This document shows, in pieces, positions 17,969-26,220 of a DNA stretch of 64,000 bases. Within the stretch, counting starts at the first letter, position 1, and every line of letters begins with the position of its first letter. The DNA is taken from assembly GCA_943356745.1 (NCBI GenBank), contig CALRFT010000001.1:75946-139945 (forward strand), read 5' to 3'. The notes under the pieces were generated by a model that had not been told where the DNA came from, did not search any database, and saw only the letters and a list, made by a program, of their open reading frames with translations. A program made the translations under genes and the position numbers. Origin of the DNA: Parcubacteria group bacterium (lineage in GTDB: Bacteria; Patescibacteriota; Minisyncoccia; Phycocordibacterales; CSBR16-119).

Positions 17969-20362
17969 TTAGGTTTCTTGATTATCAATATCATGAATCA
18001 TATTTTTTATTTCTGAAGCATTATCAGGGTTTACAGCTTCAAAATAACTAATAGTGGACGAATCCTTATTTCTAGCTAAAAATTCTGCAAAGGTTTTTTC
18101 ATCTTTGTCTTCTAGATTGTCCGCTATTTGCATCCACGCTTTTCTTTGCTCTTCTTGTGGCTTGGTCTTTTCATAAACGGCCGGAACAAAGATAGACATA
18201 TTCGCATCAATTTTTTCCCCTACCATTTTTTCTAAAATTAGAACGTCTTTCATTTTCGCAACCTTCCTCAACTTCGGATTAAGTAAAAACTCCATCATCA
18301 AGTCATTATACTCACTTTCATATTTGCTATACCCATATTGACCATATTCAGCCTCGCTTATTATTATTGGCAAAGAGACATTCTTATTAGAATCTTTGTT
18401 ATATTTAATAATATTTTCATATATGCTTGTCGCCAGTTCATGACTGTGACAAGAGCCTAAAATTATTATAGGGGTGTCGTTTATCTTATTTTCAAATCTT
18501 TTAATCAAAGCCGAAGAAATTTGTTCTGGATCAATATATAAAGTATCATTCAAAGACATAGACTCAGGGGATCCGTGCCCAGAAAAAACTAAACACAAAT
18601 TAGAAGTGTCATCTATTTTTGCAAAAAAATCATCAACCGAATTTGTCTCATTTTTTCTAAAAACTTCAAGGCTTTTTGCATTTTGTAATCTAACACCATC
18701 TTCACATTTTTGATTAAAAAATCTTACAGAGTCAGCTTCTTGCCCAACACCTCTTTCTTCCATTGGAATAATTTCAGTATTTGCAATAACCATTACATTC
18801 CTATCTTTAAATAACGGGGTTTCTAAAAATATTTTATCTGTTCGAGCTTCTATTATTTTTTCAAACATCTTTTCAAAATCTTTTTCATCAAAATGTGCAT
18901 CTGGTGAATCAATGAGCAAGGACCGAGCAATCATAACCAACATCTCAGACTGCTCTTGCGAATCAAAATTTTCTAGAAAAACCGGAAGGTTTTTATGATA
19001 ATTGAATTTCTTTATCAAATCTATCGCTGGATCCTTTAAAAAAAGTTCGTATTTTGGATCAGCGTCTTTCCCGATAATGTCTTTGGACAACTTTCCTATA
19101 TCACTTTTTTCATTTATCAACTCGAAAGTATGTTCTGTTGAGCGCGGGCCTTTTGCTGACAAATTCTTGAGAACGCCAACCAAATCTTCCAGATCTTTAT
19201 TGTCATTTATATTATACAGAGTCTTAATTTGTTTAATTAGAGAGTAGTAATCCTCAACAAAATTAACTGACGGTCGCGATATCTTGGAAAGTTCACAAAG
19301 CATCTCTTTAAAAAGAGGGTTTTTAAGGGTTTCTAAATTAGGAATTTCATACCAATCTTTCTTATCTAAAATAAATTCATTAATATGCCCAATGTTGTAT
19401 CCTAATGATTTAAAATAAACAAACAAATCTTTTCCTTCCTTCTGTCCCAAAAATGCATTCAGTTCTTCGGAAGATTCTTGGGCGGTTGTCCCATCCAACA
19501 TCTGATATTCAGTGTTGAAAATAACTGACAAATCTTTTCCTGTTATGTAGTCTTGGGTTAGCGTCTGCTCCAGTATATTTGGTTGCTCCTCCATCAAATC
19601 TGGATGCCTCTCATACCTAAGAAAATCTCCATACACAACGACATCGCTTTCTTTAATTTTAGAAATTATTTCATCACTGAAATCAAAGCCCTCAACCGTG
19701 AAGACTTCTAAACTCTGCTTACTAAAAGTATCTTCATATTCACGATTAAATATAATCGGGAGCTCGGCGATTTTTTCTATATTTTCAAAATATAACTCTG
19801 TTGCTTCTTCTTTTATGGAAACCAGACTATTCGGCAAATACCCCATATCTGGTCTTTCGTGGCCTTTGGACTTTAATATCCAACTAACTCTTTGGACATT
19901 GTTTCTAACTTCTTCATCCTGTAAATCTTCAAAATAATTTTGCTCAAGAAGTGTGTTTAATATTTCTGGCGGAATATAAAAATTTTGGCCAAACCAAGAG
20001 GTCGATTCCAAAACATCCTCATTGTATAAAACTTCTAAAACACTACTATTGTTATCAAAAGCTTTAATATCATCCTCTGTCCAAATATCTCTGAAACATT
20101 TCTCTATTTTTTCTTTTTCCTCAGGATTCGGGGGTTTTATGTAATCTAATTTTGATATAGCTTTATTTTCTCCTAATACCTCTCGTGACTGAACCTTATT
20201 CTTTTCCAACATCTCTTTTTCAGATGGAGCTTTATCTCCTGAAATCAAAAGCGCTAAAGATCCTATAAGTAAAAGACGATTAAGGCCTTTTTTTGCTTTA
20301 GCTATTGTTTCGGTGCCAAAACCTTCTTTTTCTACTTTTTCTTTTTTTGGTATTCCTTCCAT
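17969..20362 (-). CDS. large hypothetical protein (797 aa), N-terminal TM anchor, C-terminal caspase-like (clan CD/CHAT-like) His–Cys dyad region
   Basis: LLLIGSLALLISG TM; VMVIAN…LVFSGHGSP…(45 aa)…IIILGSCHSH spacing typical of caspase-fold peptidases. Confidence 0.5.
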   Translation of the reverse strand: MEGIPKKEKVEKEGFGTETIAKAKKGLNRLLLIGSLALLISGDKAPSEKEMLEKNKVQSREVLGENKAISKLDYIKPPNPEEKEKIEKCFRDIWTEDDIKAFDNNSSVLEVLYNEDVLESTSWFGQNFYIPPEILNTLLEQNYFEDLQDEEVRNNVQRVSWILKSKGHERPDMGYLPNSLVSIKEEATELYFENIEKIAELPIIFNREYEDTFSKQSLEVFTVEGFDFSDEIISKIKESDVVVYGDFLRYERHPDLMEEQPNILEQTLTQDYITGKDLSVIFNTEYQMLDGTTAQESSEELNAFLGQKEGKDLFVYFKSLGYNIGHINEFILDKKDWYEIPNLETLKNPLFKEMLCELSKISRPSVNFVEDYYSLIKQIKTLYNINDNKDLEDLVGVLKNLSAKGPRSTEHTFELINEKSDIGKLSKDIIGKDADPKYELFLKDPAIDLIKKFNYHKNLPVFLENFDSQEQSEMLVMIARSLLIDSPDAHFDEKDFEKMFEKIIEARTDKIFLETPLFKDRNVMVIANTEIIPMEERGVGQEADSVRFFNQKCEDGVRLQNAKSLEVFRKNETNSVDDFFAKIDDTSNLCLVFSGHGSPESMSLNDTLYIDPEQISSALIKRFENKINDTPIIILGSCHSHELATSIYENIIKYNKDSNKNVSLPIIISEAEYGQYGYSKYESEYNDLMMEFLLNPKLRKVAKMKDVLILEKMVGEKIDANMSIFVPAVYEKTKPQEEQRKAWMQIADNLEDKDEKTFAEFLARNKDSSTISYFEAVNPDNASEIKNMIHDIDNQET

Positions 20363-20444
20363 GTCTCCATTATACCAAAAAATCCTTATGTTATATCTCT
20401 GAGTATTTTAATACTCGTCGGAGTCCGAACTCCGCTCGTGTTTG

Positions 20445-20515
20445 CTGCCCGACAAGGATTCGAACCTCGATACCTTGGACCAAAACCAAGTGTCCTACCT
20501 TTAGACGATCGGGCA
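20445..20515 (-). tRNA. tRNA-Gln (anticodon UUG)
   Basis: UGCCCGA/UCGGGCA acceptor stem, 3-bp D-stem, anticodon loop UUUUGGU, T-arm CGAGG-TTCGAAT-CCTTG. Confidence 0.8.
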
Positions 20516-20899
20516 ATATTTAATTTATATTCTTTAGAATATTTTCTTTTTCGGTACGTTTATTTTTTAAAAGTCTTTCGTATAAACGAGATTCTGTTTC
20601 AGAACTAAATTGTTTAGAGAAAACAAGAACAAAAGGTTTGAATCCTTTTGTTTATTGAACTTTTCCTGAATTATATTCAGACAATCTTCTTTCCAGAGAA
20701 TTAGTACTACCAACATAATACCACTCTCTTAAAAGACTTTTTATGATATAAACGTACCACATATTTGTTGACTACCATTAGACCTGCCTGCGCAGGCAGG
20801 CGATCGGGCAATAATATACTGTGTATATATTGCTTTTTGCAACGCTTTATATATTGCCCTATTTTACAAAAAAAATCAAGATTTTGTTTGGGTAAAGGT

Positions 20900-20931
20900 A
20901 AAAAGGGTCCGCCTTTGGCGGACCCTTTTTT
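20900..20931. terminator. intrinsic terminator (GGGTCCGCC-TTTG-GCGGACCC + T-run) overlapping sigma gene stop
   Basis: 9-bp GC stem. Confidence 0.75.
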
Positions 20932-21505
20932 AGAGATTAAACTTTTTTCTATTTTTTTCAAAATTAACACGAAAATATCTCATTCGACCTAAAACTGTAT
21001 TAACAGAAATCTTAAGATATTTTGCAATTTCTTGAAAAGATTTCCCTCTCGACATTCGAAGAAGATATACAACTTTTTGTTCTCTTGGTACACTCTTAAA
21101 AAAACGTTTAAAGTTTTCCTGATCTTCCTCTGAAAAAATTTCATTATATTGCGGTATTTGAATAGAAATATTTTTTCTTTCAAACTCCAAAATATTAATA
21201 GGTACCTTATTGTACTTTTTCTTGAGCCTCAAATAGTCAATACACAAGTTTCTGGTTATTTGCGATGCAAGACCATGAAGGCCCCCATCTCACTCTTCAA
21301 ATCTTTTATCAATATCAATAAGATACAACCAAAGCCTGATACAAACTTCTTGGAAGATATCTTTTTGATCATCAAGAGGTATTGTGTATTGATATATAAT
21401 ACCTACACATTTCCTTTGAATAGACCTAACAAGTTTTTCAAAAGCTTGCCCGTCTTGGTGTTCCATAACACGAGCAATAAGCTCTTTTTGTTCTTGTTTT
21501 TCCAT
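20930..21505 (-). pseudogene. sigma-70 family (ECF-type) RNA polymerase sigma factor interrupted by one in-frame TGA (plus 21290-21292); region 2 half = 21290..21505, region 4 half = 20930..21247
   Basis: Both ORFs share one frame, separated by a TGA and 14 sense codons; joined sequence KRFEE*DGGLHGLASQITRNLCIDYLRLKKK fits sigma region 2; C-terminal HTH region 4. Confidence 0.6.
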
Positions 21506-21673
21506 TTAAGTATAGGGTTTTAGTGGTACAAAAGTTCAAGTAAAGATTATAAACAAAAACAAACATTCAGCAAGAAAAATCCCCTCGAACAAATTCAAGG
21601 GGATTTTAGATGCAGGTTTGAAACAACATACTAAAACACTTTATTTTAAACTAACCTATTTGAAGTATATCAC

Positions 21674-21711
21674 AAAAAAAACAGGGCGCCGAAAGGCGCC
21701 CTGTTTTTTTT
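21674..21711 (-). terminator. intrinsic terminator after dnaX
   Basis: CAGGGCGCC-GAAA-GGCGCCCTG + T8. Confidence 0.8.
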
Positions 21712-21715
21712 GTGT

Positions 21716-22741
21716 TTATTCCATTATCTCAATTACTGCGAGCTCAAGTGGAAGAGTTTGAATAAAAGCCTTTCCTTGTCTTCCTTCTGCCCGAAGAAGT
21801 ATTTCAAGAGTTTTTGAGGTAATTCTTTTTGTATCATCCTTGAGAAGTTCCAGGTAAAAAGAAGTATCGTCACCAAGCTCAGCTTTAACCTCTTCTTTCA
21901 TATCGGGTGCATATCGAAGGAGTAGCATTTGCCTTGTATGTTTTATCAAAAGCTTAAGGAATATTTCCATATTCAAAGTGTGAACCTGTGCTTCACTGAT
22001 AATCTCAAATAATTTTGTAGTGTCGTCTGAAACTAATGCTTTCAAAAAATCTTGAATCAGTTTTTTTGGAGGAGCTCCGACAACTCGAGAAACTTCTCCG
22101 TGATCAAGTTTCTTATCTCCCGAATATGAAATGACTTTTTGCAAAATACTTTGAGAATCTCGAAATGAACCATTTGCCATAAATGCAATAAGTTCTGCGC
22201 TTTCAGTTGCCAAAATGTAACCTTCTTTTCCAGCGAGTTCTTTTAAATGCTCCGCAAGCATTTTTGCTGTTGGATCTTTGAATGTAAACACCTGACATCG
22301 TGAAAGAATCGTTTCTGGAATTTTATCAAGTTCTGTTGTCGCAAGAACAAAGATCACATGTCGAGGTGGCTCTTCGAGAGTTTTAAGAAGTGCATTAAAA
22401 GCTTCTTTGGTAAGCATGTGAACCTCGTCGATAATATACACTTTGTATTCAGAATCAAATGGAAGTGTGTGCACAGCTTCACGAAGTTCTCGAATATCGT
22501 CGATACCTCGATTTGAAGCAGCGTCAATCTCGATAGTGTCATTTGTCGAAACACCAAGACGTTTCGCAAGAATTCTTGCAACAGTCGTCTTCCCTGTTCC
22601 GCGTGAACCATAGAAAAGATAGGCGTGAGAGATTGTTCCTTGTTTAAGAGAACCTTGAAGAACATCAGTCACATGTCCTTGTCCTACCACATCTTTAAAA
22701 TCTGTTGGTCTATATTTTCGATAAAGCGCTTCGTGTGTCAT
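21716..22741 (-). CDS. dnaX: DNA polymerase III subunit gamma/tau
   Basis: Walker A GSRGTGKTT, clamp-loader AAA+ motifs; start at MTHEALYRKYRP (ORF-track upstream extension runs through a terminator). Confidence 0.85.
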   Translation of the reverse strand: MTHEALYRKYRPTDFKDVVGQGHVTDVLQGSLKQGTISHAYLFYGSRGTGKTTVARILAKRLGVSTNDTIEIDAASNRGIDDIRELREAVHTLPFDSEYKVYIIDEVHMLTKEAFNALLKTLEEPPRHVIFVLATTELDKIPETILSRCQVFTFKDPTAKMLAEHLKELAGKEGYILATESAELIAFMANGSFRDSQSILQKVISYSGDKKLDHGEVSRVVGAPPKKLIQDFLKALVSDDTTKLFEIISEAQVHTLNMEIFLKLLIKHTRQMLLLRYAPDMKEEVKAELGDDTSFYLELLKDDTKRITSKTLEILLRAEGRQGKAFIQTLPLELAVIEIME

Positions 22742-22755
22742 ATGAATATTGTAAC

Positions 22756-22786
22756 AAAAAACCGTCGCAAAAGCGACGGTTTTTTG
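22756..22786. terminator. intrinsic terminator between rimK and dnaX
   Basis: ACCGTCGC-AAAA-GCGACGGT + T-run. Confidence 0.75.
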
Positions 22787-22787
22787 T

Positions 22788-23741
22788 TTAGTTTTTTGTT
22801 GTCTTAAGAGCCTTTTTTTTCTTTGCTTTTTCTTTAAGTCTTGCTTTCTTTGCTCGTTTCTTTTCAATATCACGAATCAAAAAGTCGATAATCTTTCCAG
22901 CAACATCAACTTTTGTAACTCGCTCAATCCCCTGAAGTCCAGGAGATGAGTTAACTTCAAGAATAAGTGGACCACGCTTTGCTCGAAGAAGATCAACTCC
23001 AGCAACATTCAAATCGAGAAGTTTTGCAGCTTCAAGCGCTACAGAACACTCTTTTTTTGAAAGTTCTGTTGCTTCTGCTGTTCCACCTCGATGGAGATTT
23101 GAACGGAAGTCCCCCTCTTTTCCTTGTCGCTTCATAGAACCAACAATCTCTCCGTTTACGATAAACACTCGAATATCAGCACCATTTGCTTCTTCGATAA
23201 ATTCTTGAATGATAATACTTTTCTTGATTCCAGAAAATGCTTCGATGGTTGATTTTGCAGCGTTAATTGAATCCGCCTTGATCACCCCTTTTCCAAGTGA
23301 ACTTTCAAGAAGTTTCAAAATAACAGGTGCTCCTCCAACTTCGTTTACCAAAGCGGTCACATCGTCATCAAATGGAGACTTTGCAAACGCCGTTTTTGGA
23401 ATACCAATTCCAGATTTTGAAAGATGTTGAAAACTTCGAAGTTTATCTCTCGATCGAACAAGAGCAATTGAAGAAAGTGAAGACGGAACCCCCATTGCTT
23501 CAAAGTGACGAATTACCGCAGAACCGAAGTCTGTATAACTTGCAGCAATACGCGGAATAATTCCTTCGATATCATGAAGATCTTGTCCTCGATATCGGAT
23601 ACTCGGTTTTCCTTGTTCAATTATCAAGTTGCAGTGTCGGTAGTCTACCAAAACAGGTTCGTGTCCTCTTTCTCGAACAGCTTCGAGAAGTCTTTGTGTT
23701 GAGTAAAGCTTGTCACTCATTGAAAGAATAGCAATTTTCAT
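22788..23741 (-). CDS. rimK: RimK-family ATP-grasp ligase (ribosomal protein S6 glutamate ligase-like), Lys-rich C-tail
   Basis: ATP-grasp motifs; overall RimK-like sequence. Confidence 0.8.
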   Translation of the reverse strand: MKIAILSMSDKLYSTQRLLEAVRERGHEPVLVDYRHCNLIIEQGKPSIRYRGQDLHDIEGIIPRIAASYTDFGSAVIRHFEAMGVPSSLSSIALVRSRDKLRSFQHLSKSGIGIPKTAFAKSPFDDDVTALVNEVGGAPVILKLLESSLGKGVIKADSINAAKSTIEAFSGIKKSIIIQEFIEEANGADIRVFIVNGEIVGSMKRQGKEGDFRSNLHRGGTAEATELSKKECSVALEAAKLLDLNVAGVDLLRAKRGPLILEVNSSPGLQGIERVTKVDVAGKIIDFLIRDIEKKRAKKARLKEKAKKKKALKTTKN

Positions 23742-23752
23742 AAGCGTCTTTG

Positions 23753-24193
23753 TTAGTTAGTTCCTAATACAAATTTTCTCGCTGCATTAATGAGAAAATG
23801 TTTTTTAATGTTTCTTCTTCCAAGCAAAACAGGTCTTCGAAGTGCTTCTCTGTTTGAAAGACTAAAAAAAGAAATAAACTCTTGTCCTCCGAGTAAGAAT
23901 CGTACGGATATAATATACCTAATTTCCGATTCCCCGTTTGAGCTAATGATTTTTTTCTGACTATACTCTGTCGCAAAAAAATCTTTATCTTGATATTGCG
24001 GATGATCTTGGTCAATCAGACGAAATTTGAGAACCATCTTTCCATCTTTCTCAATTTCTTCAACAGAAGAAATATGAATTGATCCATTGTAGGCTCCAGT
24101 ATCTATTTTCGCCTCAATATTTTCAATTCCAAAATCAGGAAAAGAAATATATTCGAGTCGTCCGATGATTTTTTTATTGTATGTATTTTCCAT
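23753..24193 (-). CDS. RimK-associated retropepsin-like putative protease ("ATP-dependent zinc protease" family)
   Basis: 146 aa, DTGA aspartic-protease motif (KIDTGAYNGS); adjacent to rimK. Confidence 0.65.
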   Translation of the reverse strand: MENTYNKKIIGRLEYISFPDFGIENIEAKIDTGAYNGSIHISSVEEIEKDGKMVLKFRLIDQDHPQYQDKDFFATEYSQKKIISSNGESEIRYIISVRFLLGGQEFISFFSLSNREALRRPVLLGRRNIKKHFLINAARKFVLGTN

Positions 24194-24256
24194 TAATACG
24201 TAACTCCAAGCTTATAATGACTTGTACTCTACCACTATTATATCAATAAAATCAAT

Positions 24257-25327
24257 CTATTTTTGTAGAGTTTGTAAAAAATCCCTTGTAATTGCTTCTA
24301 TTTCTTCATACGAATTTGATTCCATCAACTTAATCCGAAGTTCTTTTGCGTAATCAAAACCGTTTACGTACGCCTTATAGTGCTTCTTCATTATGTTGAA
24401 ATTTTTCATTGGAAGAAGCTCTGTGTAGAGTTTTGTATGTTCAAGCATAATCTCAAGTTTTTCTTGAGTTGAAACTTCTTTTTTATTTTCATCAAAAAGC
24501 CAAGGGTTTCCGAAAATTCCACGACCAATCATCACTCCATCAGCGCCATGCTTCCTTGCGAGTATTCTTCCTTCTTCAAGAGTTTTTACATCTCCATTAC
24601 CAATCAAAATTGTATCTGGAGAAATTTGATCACGAAGTTCTTTGATTCTTTCCATTCGTTCCCATCTTGCAGGAACCAGCGACATTTCCTTTCGTGTTCT
24701 AAAATGAATAGTCAGTGCTGCAATTCCAGTTTGCAAAAGAGTTGGAATCCATGTTTCAACTTCATCTTTATTAAATCCAAGACGAGTTTTTACTGAGACA
24801 GGAATTTTTCCAGCAGTACCGCGCTGTACCGCACGAATTACTTCAACAGAATATTCTGGATTTCGAATTGCACCAGAACCACCTCCAGATTTCACAATAT
24901 TTTTTTCTGGGCAACCAAAATTGATATCAATTCCATCAAATCCCATTTCAACACAAAGCTTTGCTGTATCTTCAAGTTTTTGTAAGTTTGTTCCAAAAAT
25001 TTGCGCAATGATCGGGTGTTCGATTTCACTAAACTTCAAATCCACAATCAATGCATCTCGCCCTGGAGACATGAGACCATCAGCAGAAACAAACTCTGTC
25101 CACAAAACGTCCGGTCCACCATTTTCTTGTCCATGTCTTGAGTATTTTGCAACAATTCTTCGAAATACTTGGTCTGTCACATCCGCCATTGGCGCCAATG
25201 CAAAAAAAGGCTTTTTTGTTTCAGAAAGCCTTTTCCAAAATCCAAGTGAAATACTACCCTTCGGTACTGGTGTTATCTTCTGTTTCGTCTTGAATATCTG
25301 AATTAGTTTGTTCAATAATTTCTTCAT
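24257..25327 (-). CDS. dus: tRNA-dihydrouridine synthase
   Basis: FALAPMADVTD, TIM-barrel Dus motifs, catalytic Cys region GCPEKNI. Confidence 0.85.
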   Translation of the reverse strand: MKKLLNKLIQIFKTKQKITPVPKGSISLGFWKRLSETKKPFFALAPMADVTDQVFRRIVAKYSRHGQENGGPDVLWTEFVSADGLMSPGRDALIVDLKFSEIEHPIIAQIFGTNLQKLEDTAKLCVEMGFDGIDINFGCPEKNIVKSGGGSGAIRNPEYSVEVIRAVQRGTAGKIPVSVKTRLGFNKDEVETWIPTLLQTGIAALTIHFRTRKEMSLVPARWERMERIKELRDQISPDTILIGNGDVKTLEEGRILARKHGADGVMIGRGIFGNPWLFDENKKEVSTQEKLEIMLEHTKLYTELLPMKNFNIMKKHYKAYVNGFDYAKELRIKLMESNSYEEIEAITRDFLQTLQK

Positions 25328-26201
25328 TTTGTATCTGTTCGTTTACTTGCGCCACTCGAAATTTATAGACCATTTGGTTTTTAAACCGAGCATCAAGATA
25401 CTCCAATGTACCATAATTGTTCGTAATATCAAGGAAGACTGGATCTTGCCTTAAGGCTGCTTGAATATTCTGAAGAACAACTTCTTCATTGTTTGGAATA
25501 TAGTGTTTGAGTCTTGGTGCTAGTGGAATTTCATTGTTTGAAACAAGAATAAATTCAAGTTGTTCATCATCCCGGAGATAAATAGCCTGGATAGGCATTT
25601 CAAAATCAGACATCAGATTTTCAAAATTTTCATATGAGGTAAAAATATAATCGGGAAAAGCCTGACTTCCCACAATTTCCGGAGAAACCTCACCTCCGTA
25701 TAAACGAAGATAGGTTGTACCAGAAAAATACGGAGCAATGTCGAAAATAAATCCTGTCTTGTCAGCAAAGTAACACAATAAATCGACGGATACTGGAGCT
25801 GGCTCATTTCCACACCAAAGATAGACCCCTTCTCTTTCTTCACCGTACACTGAAAACGAACCAGAAGATGAAGATACTTTTACGTGAGTAATTCTTGGAA
25901 ATTGTTTTTCAATATAATGCTCTGCTTTTTTTTCTGAAAACCATAAACGATTACTCTTTGGATATAAGAAACGTGTATGTAAATATTCATCTAGTGAAGT
26001 TGTTATCTTGTCAGTATCTGTAACAATAATATTTTCATATCCTGAAACCTTTGTTTGAAGTCCTGAGATTCTTGCAAGTAAACCAAAACCAACATAAACC
26101 ACAGCAATAAGTATAAACCAGAGAAAAGGCCGACCAAGCAAGCTTGGTCGGCTCTTTTTCTTTGGAAGGTTTTTAATTGGTAGTCCGTTTCTTGGAATCA
26201 T
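25254..26201 (-). CDS. hypothetical membrane-anchored protein with acidic C-terminal tail
   Basis: N-terminal TM helix; no recognised domain. Confidence 0.5.
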   Translation of the reverse strand: MIPRNGLPIKNLPKKKSRPSLLGRPFLWFILIAVVYVGFGLLARISGLQTKVSGYENIIVTDTDKITTSLDEYLHTRFLYPKSNRLWFSEKKAEHYIEKQFPRITHVKVSSSSGSFSVYGEEREGVYLWCGNEPAPVSVDLLCYFADKTGFIFDIAPYFSGTTYLRLYGGEVSPEIVGSQAFPDYIFTSYENFENLMSDFEMPIQAIYLRDDEQLEFILVSNNEIPLAPRLKHYIPNNEEVVLQNIQAALRQDPVFLDITNNYGTLEYLDARFKNQMVYKFRVAQVNEQIQNEEIIEQTNSDIQDETEDNTSTEG

Positions 26202-26220
26202 GTACCATTATTTTACCATC

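Noticed and set aside
20636-20654. T-arm-like hairpin AAAGG-TTTGAAT-CCTTT suggesting a second or intron-containing tRNA
   Set aside because: The loop lacks the canonical TTC, and no matching acceptor 3′ strand (TCGGGCA) follows. It is more likely a simple AT-rich hairpin.
20707-20992. ORFs 20707..20970 (−) and 20765..20992 (+) in the tRNA-Gln/sigma intergenic region
   Set aside because: They overlap each other and the strong terminator at 20900-20931, span the tRNA-like fragment and palindrome, and have no coding signal. They are considered non-coding.
20930-21505. Alternative genetic code (TGA = Gly, code 25, as in Gracilibacteria/SR1) as explanation for the in-frame TGA in the sigma factor
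   Set aside because: Other confident genes terminate on TGA at their natural ends (cysteine desulfurase at 45774-45776; TrmH-family gene at 40580-40582 with a second tandem TGA). Long housekeeping genes (clpB, topA, gyrA) contain no internal TGA. So TGA is a stop in this genome.
21716-22873. Long N-terminal extension of dnaX (ORF-track start 22873, Lys/Arg-rich MILKRNEQRKQDLKKKQRKK…)
   Set aside because: The extension reads through the rimK terminator hairpin (22756-22786) and begins on GTG. The conserved DnaX N-terminus starts at MTHEALYRKYRP (~22741). By my base-level count the displayed sequence is 1 nt off-frame with the ORF track in the A/T run inside that hairpin, so coordinates here are ±1.
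24257-25327. Shorter start for dus to avoid the 74-nt overlap with the upstream gene 25254..26201
   Set aside because: The next in-frame Met (APMADV) lies inside the conserved Dus core, so the overlap appears real. Alternatively the upstream hypothetical gene ends earlier.
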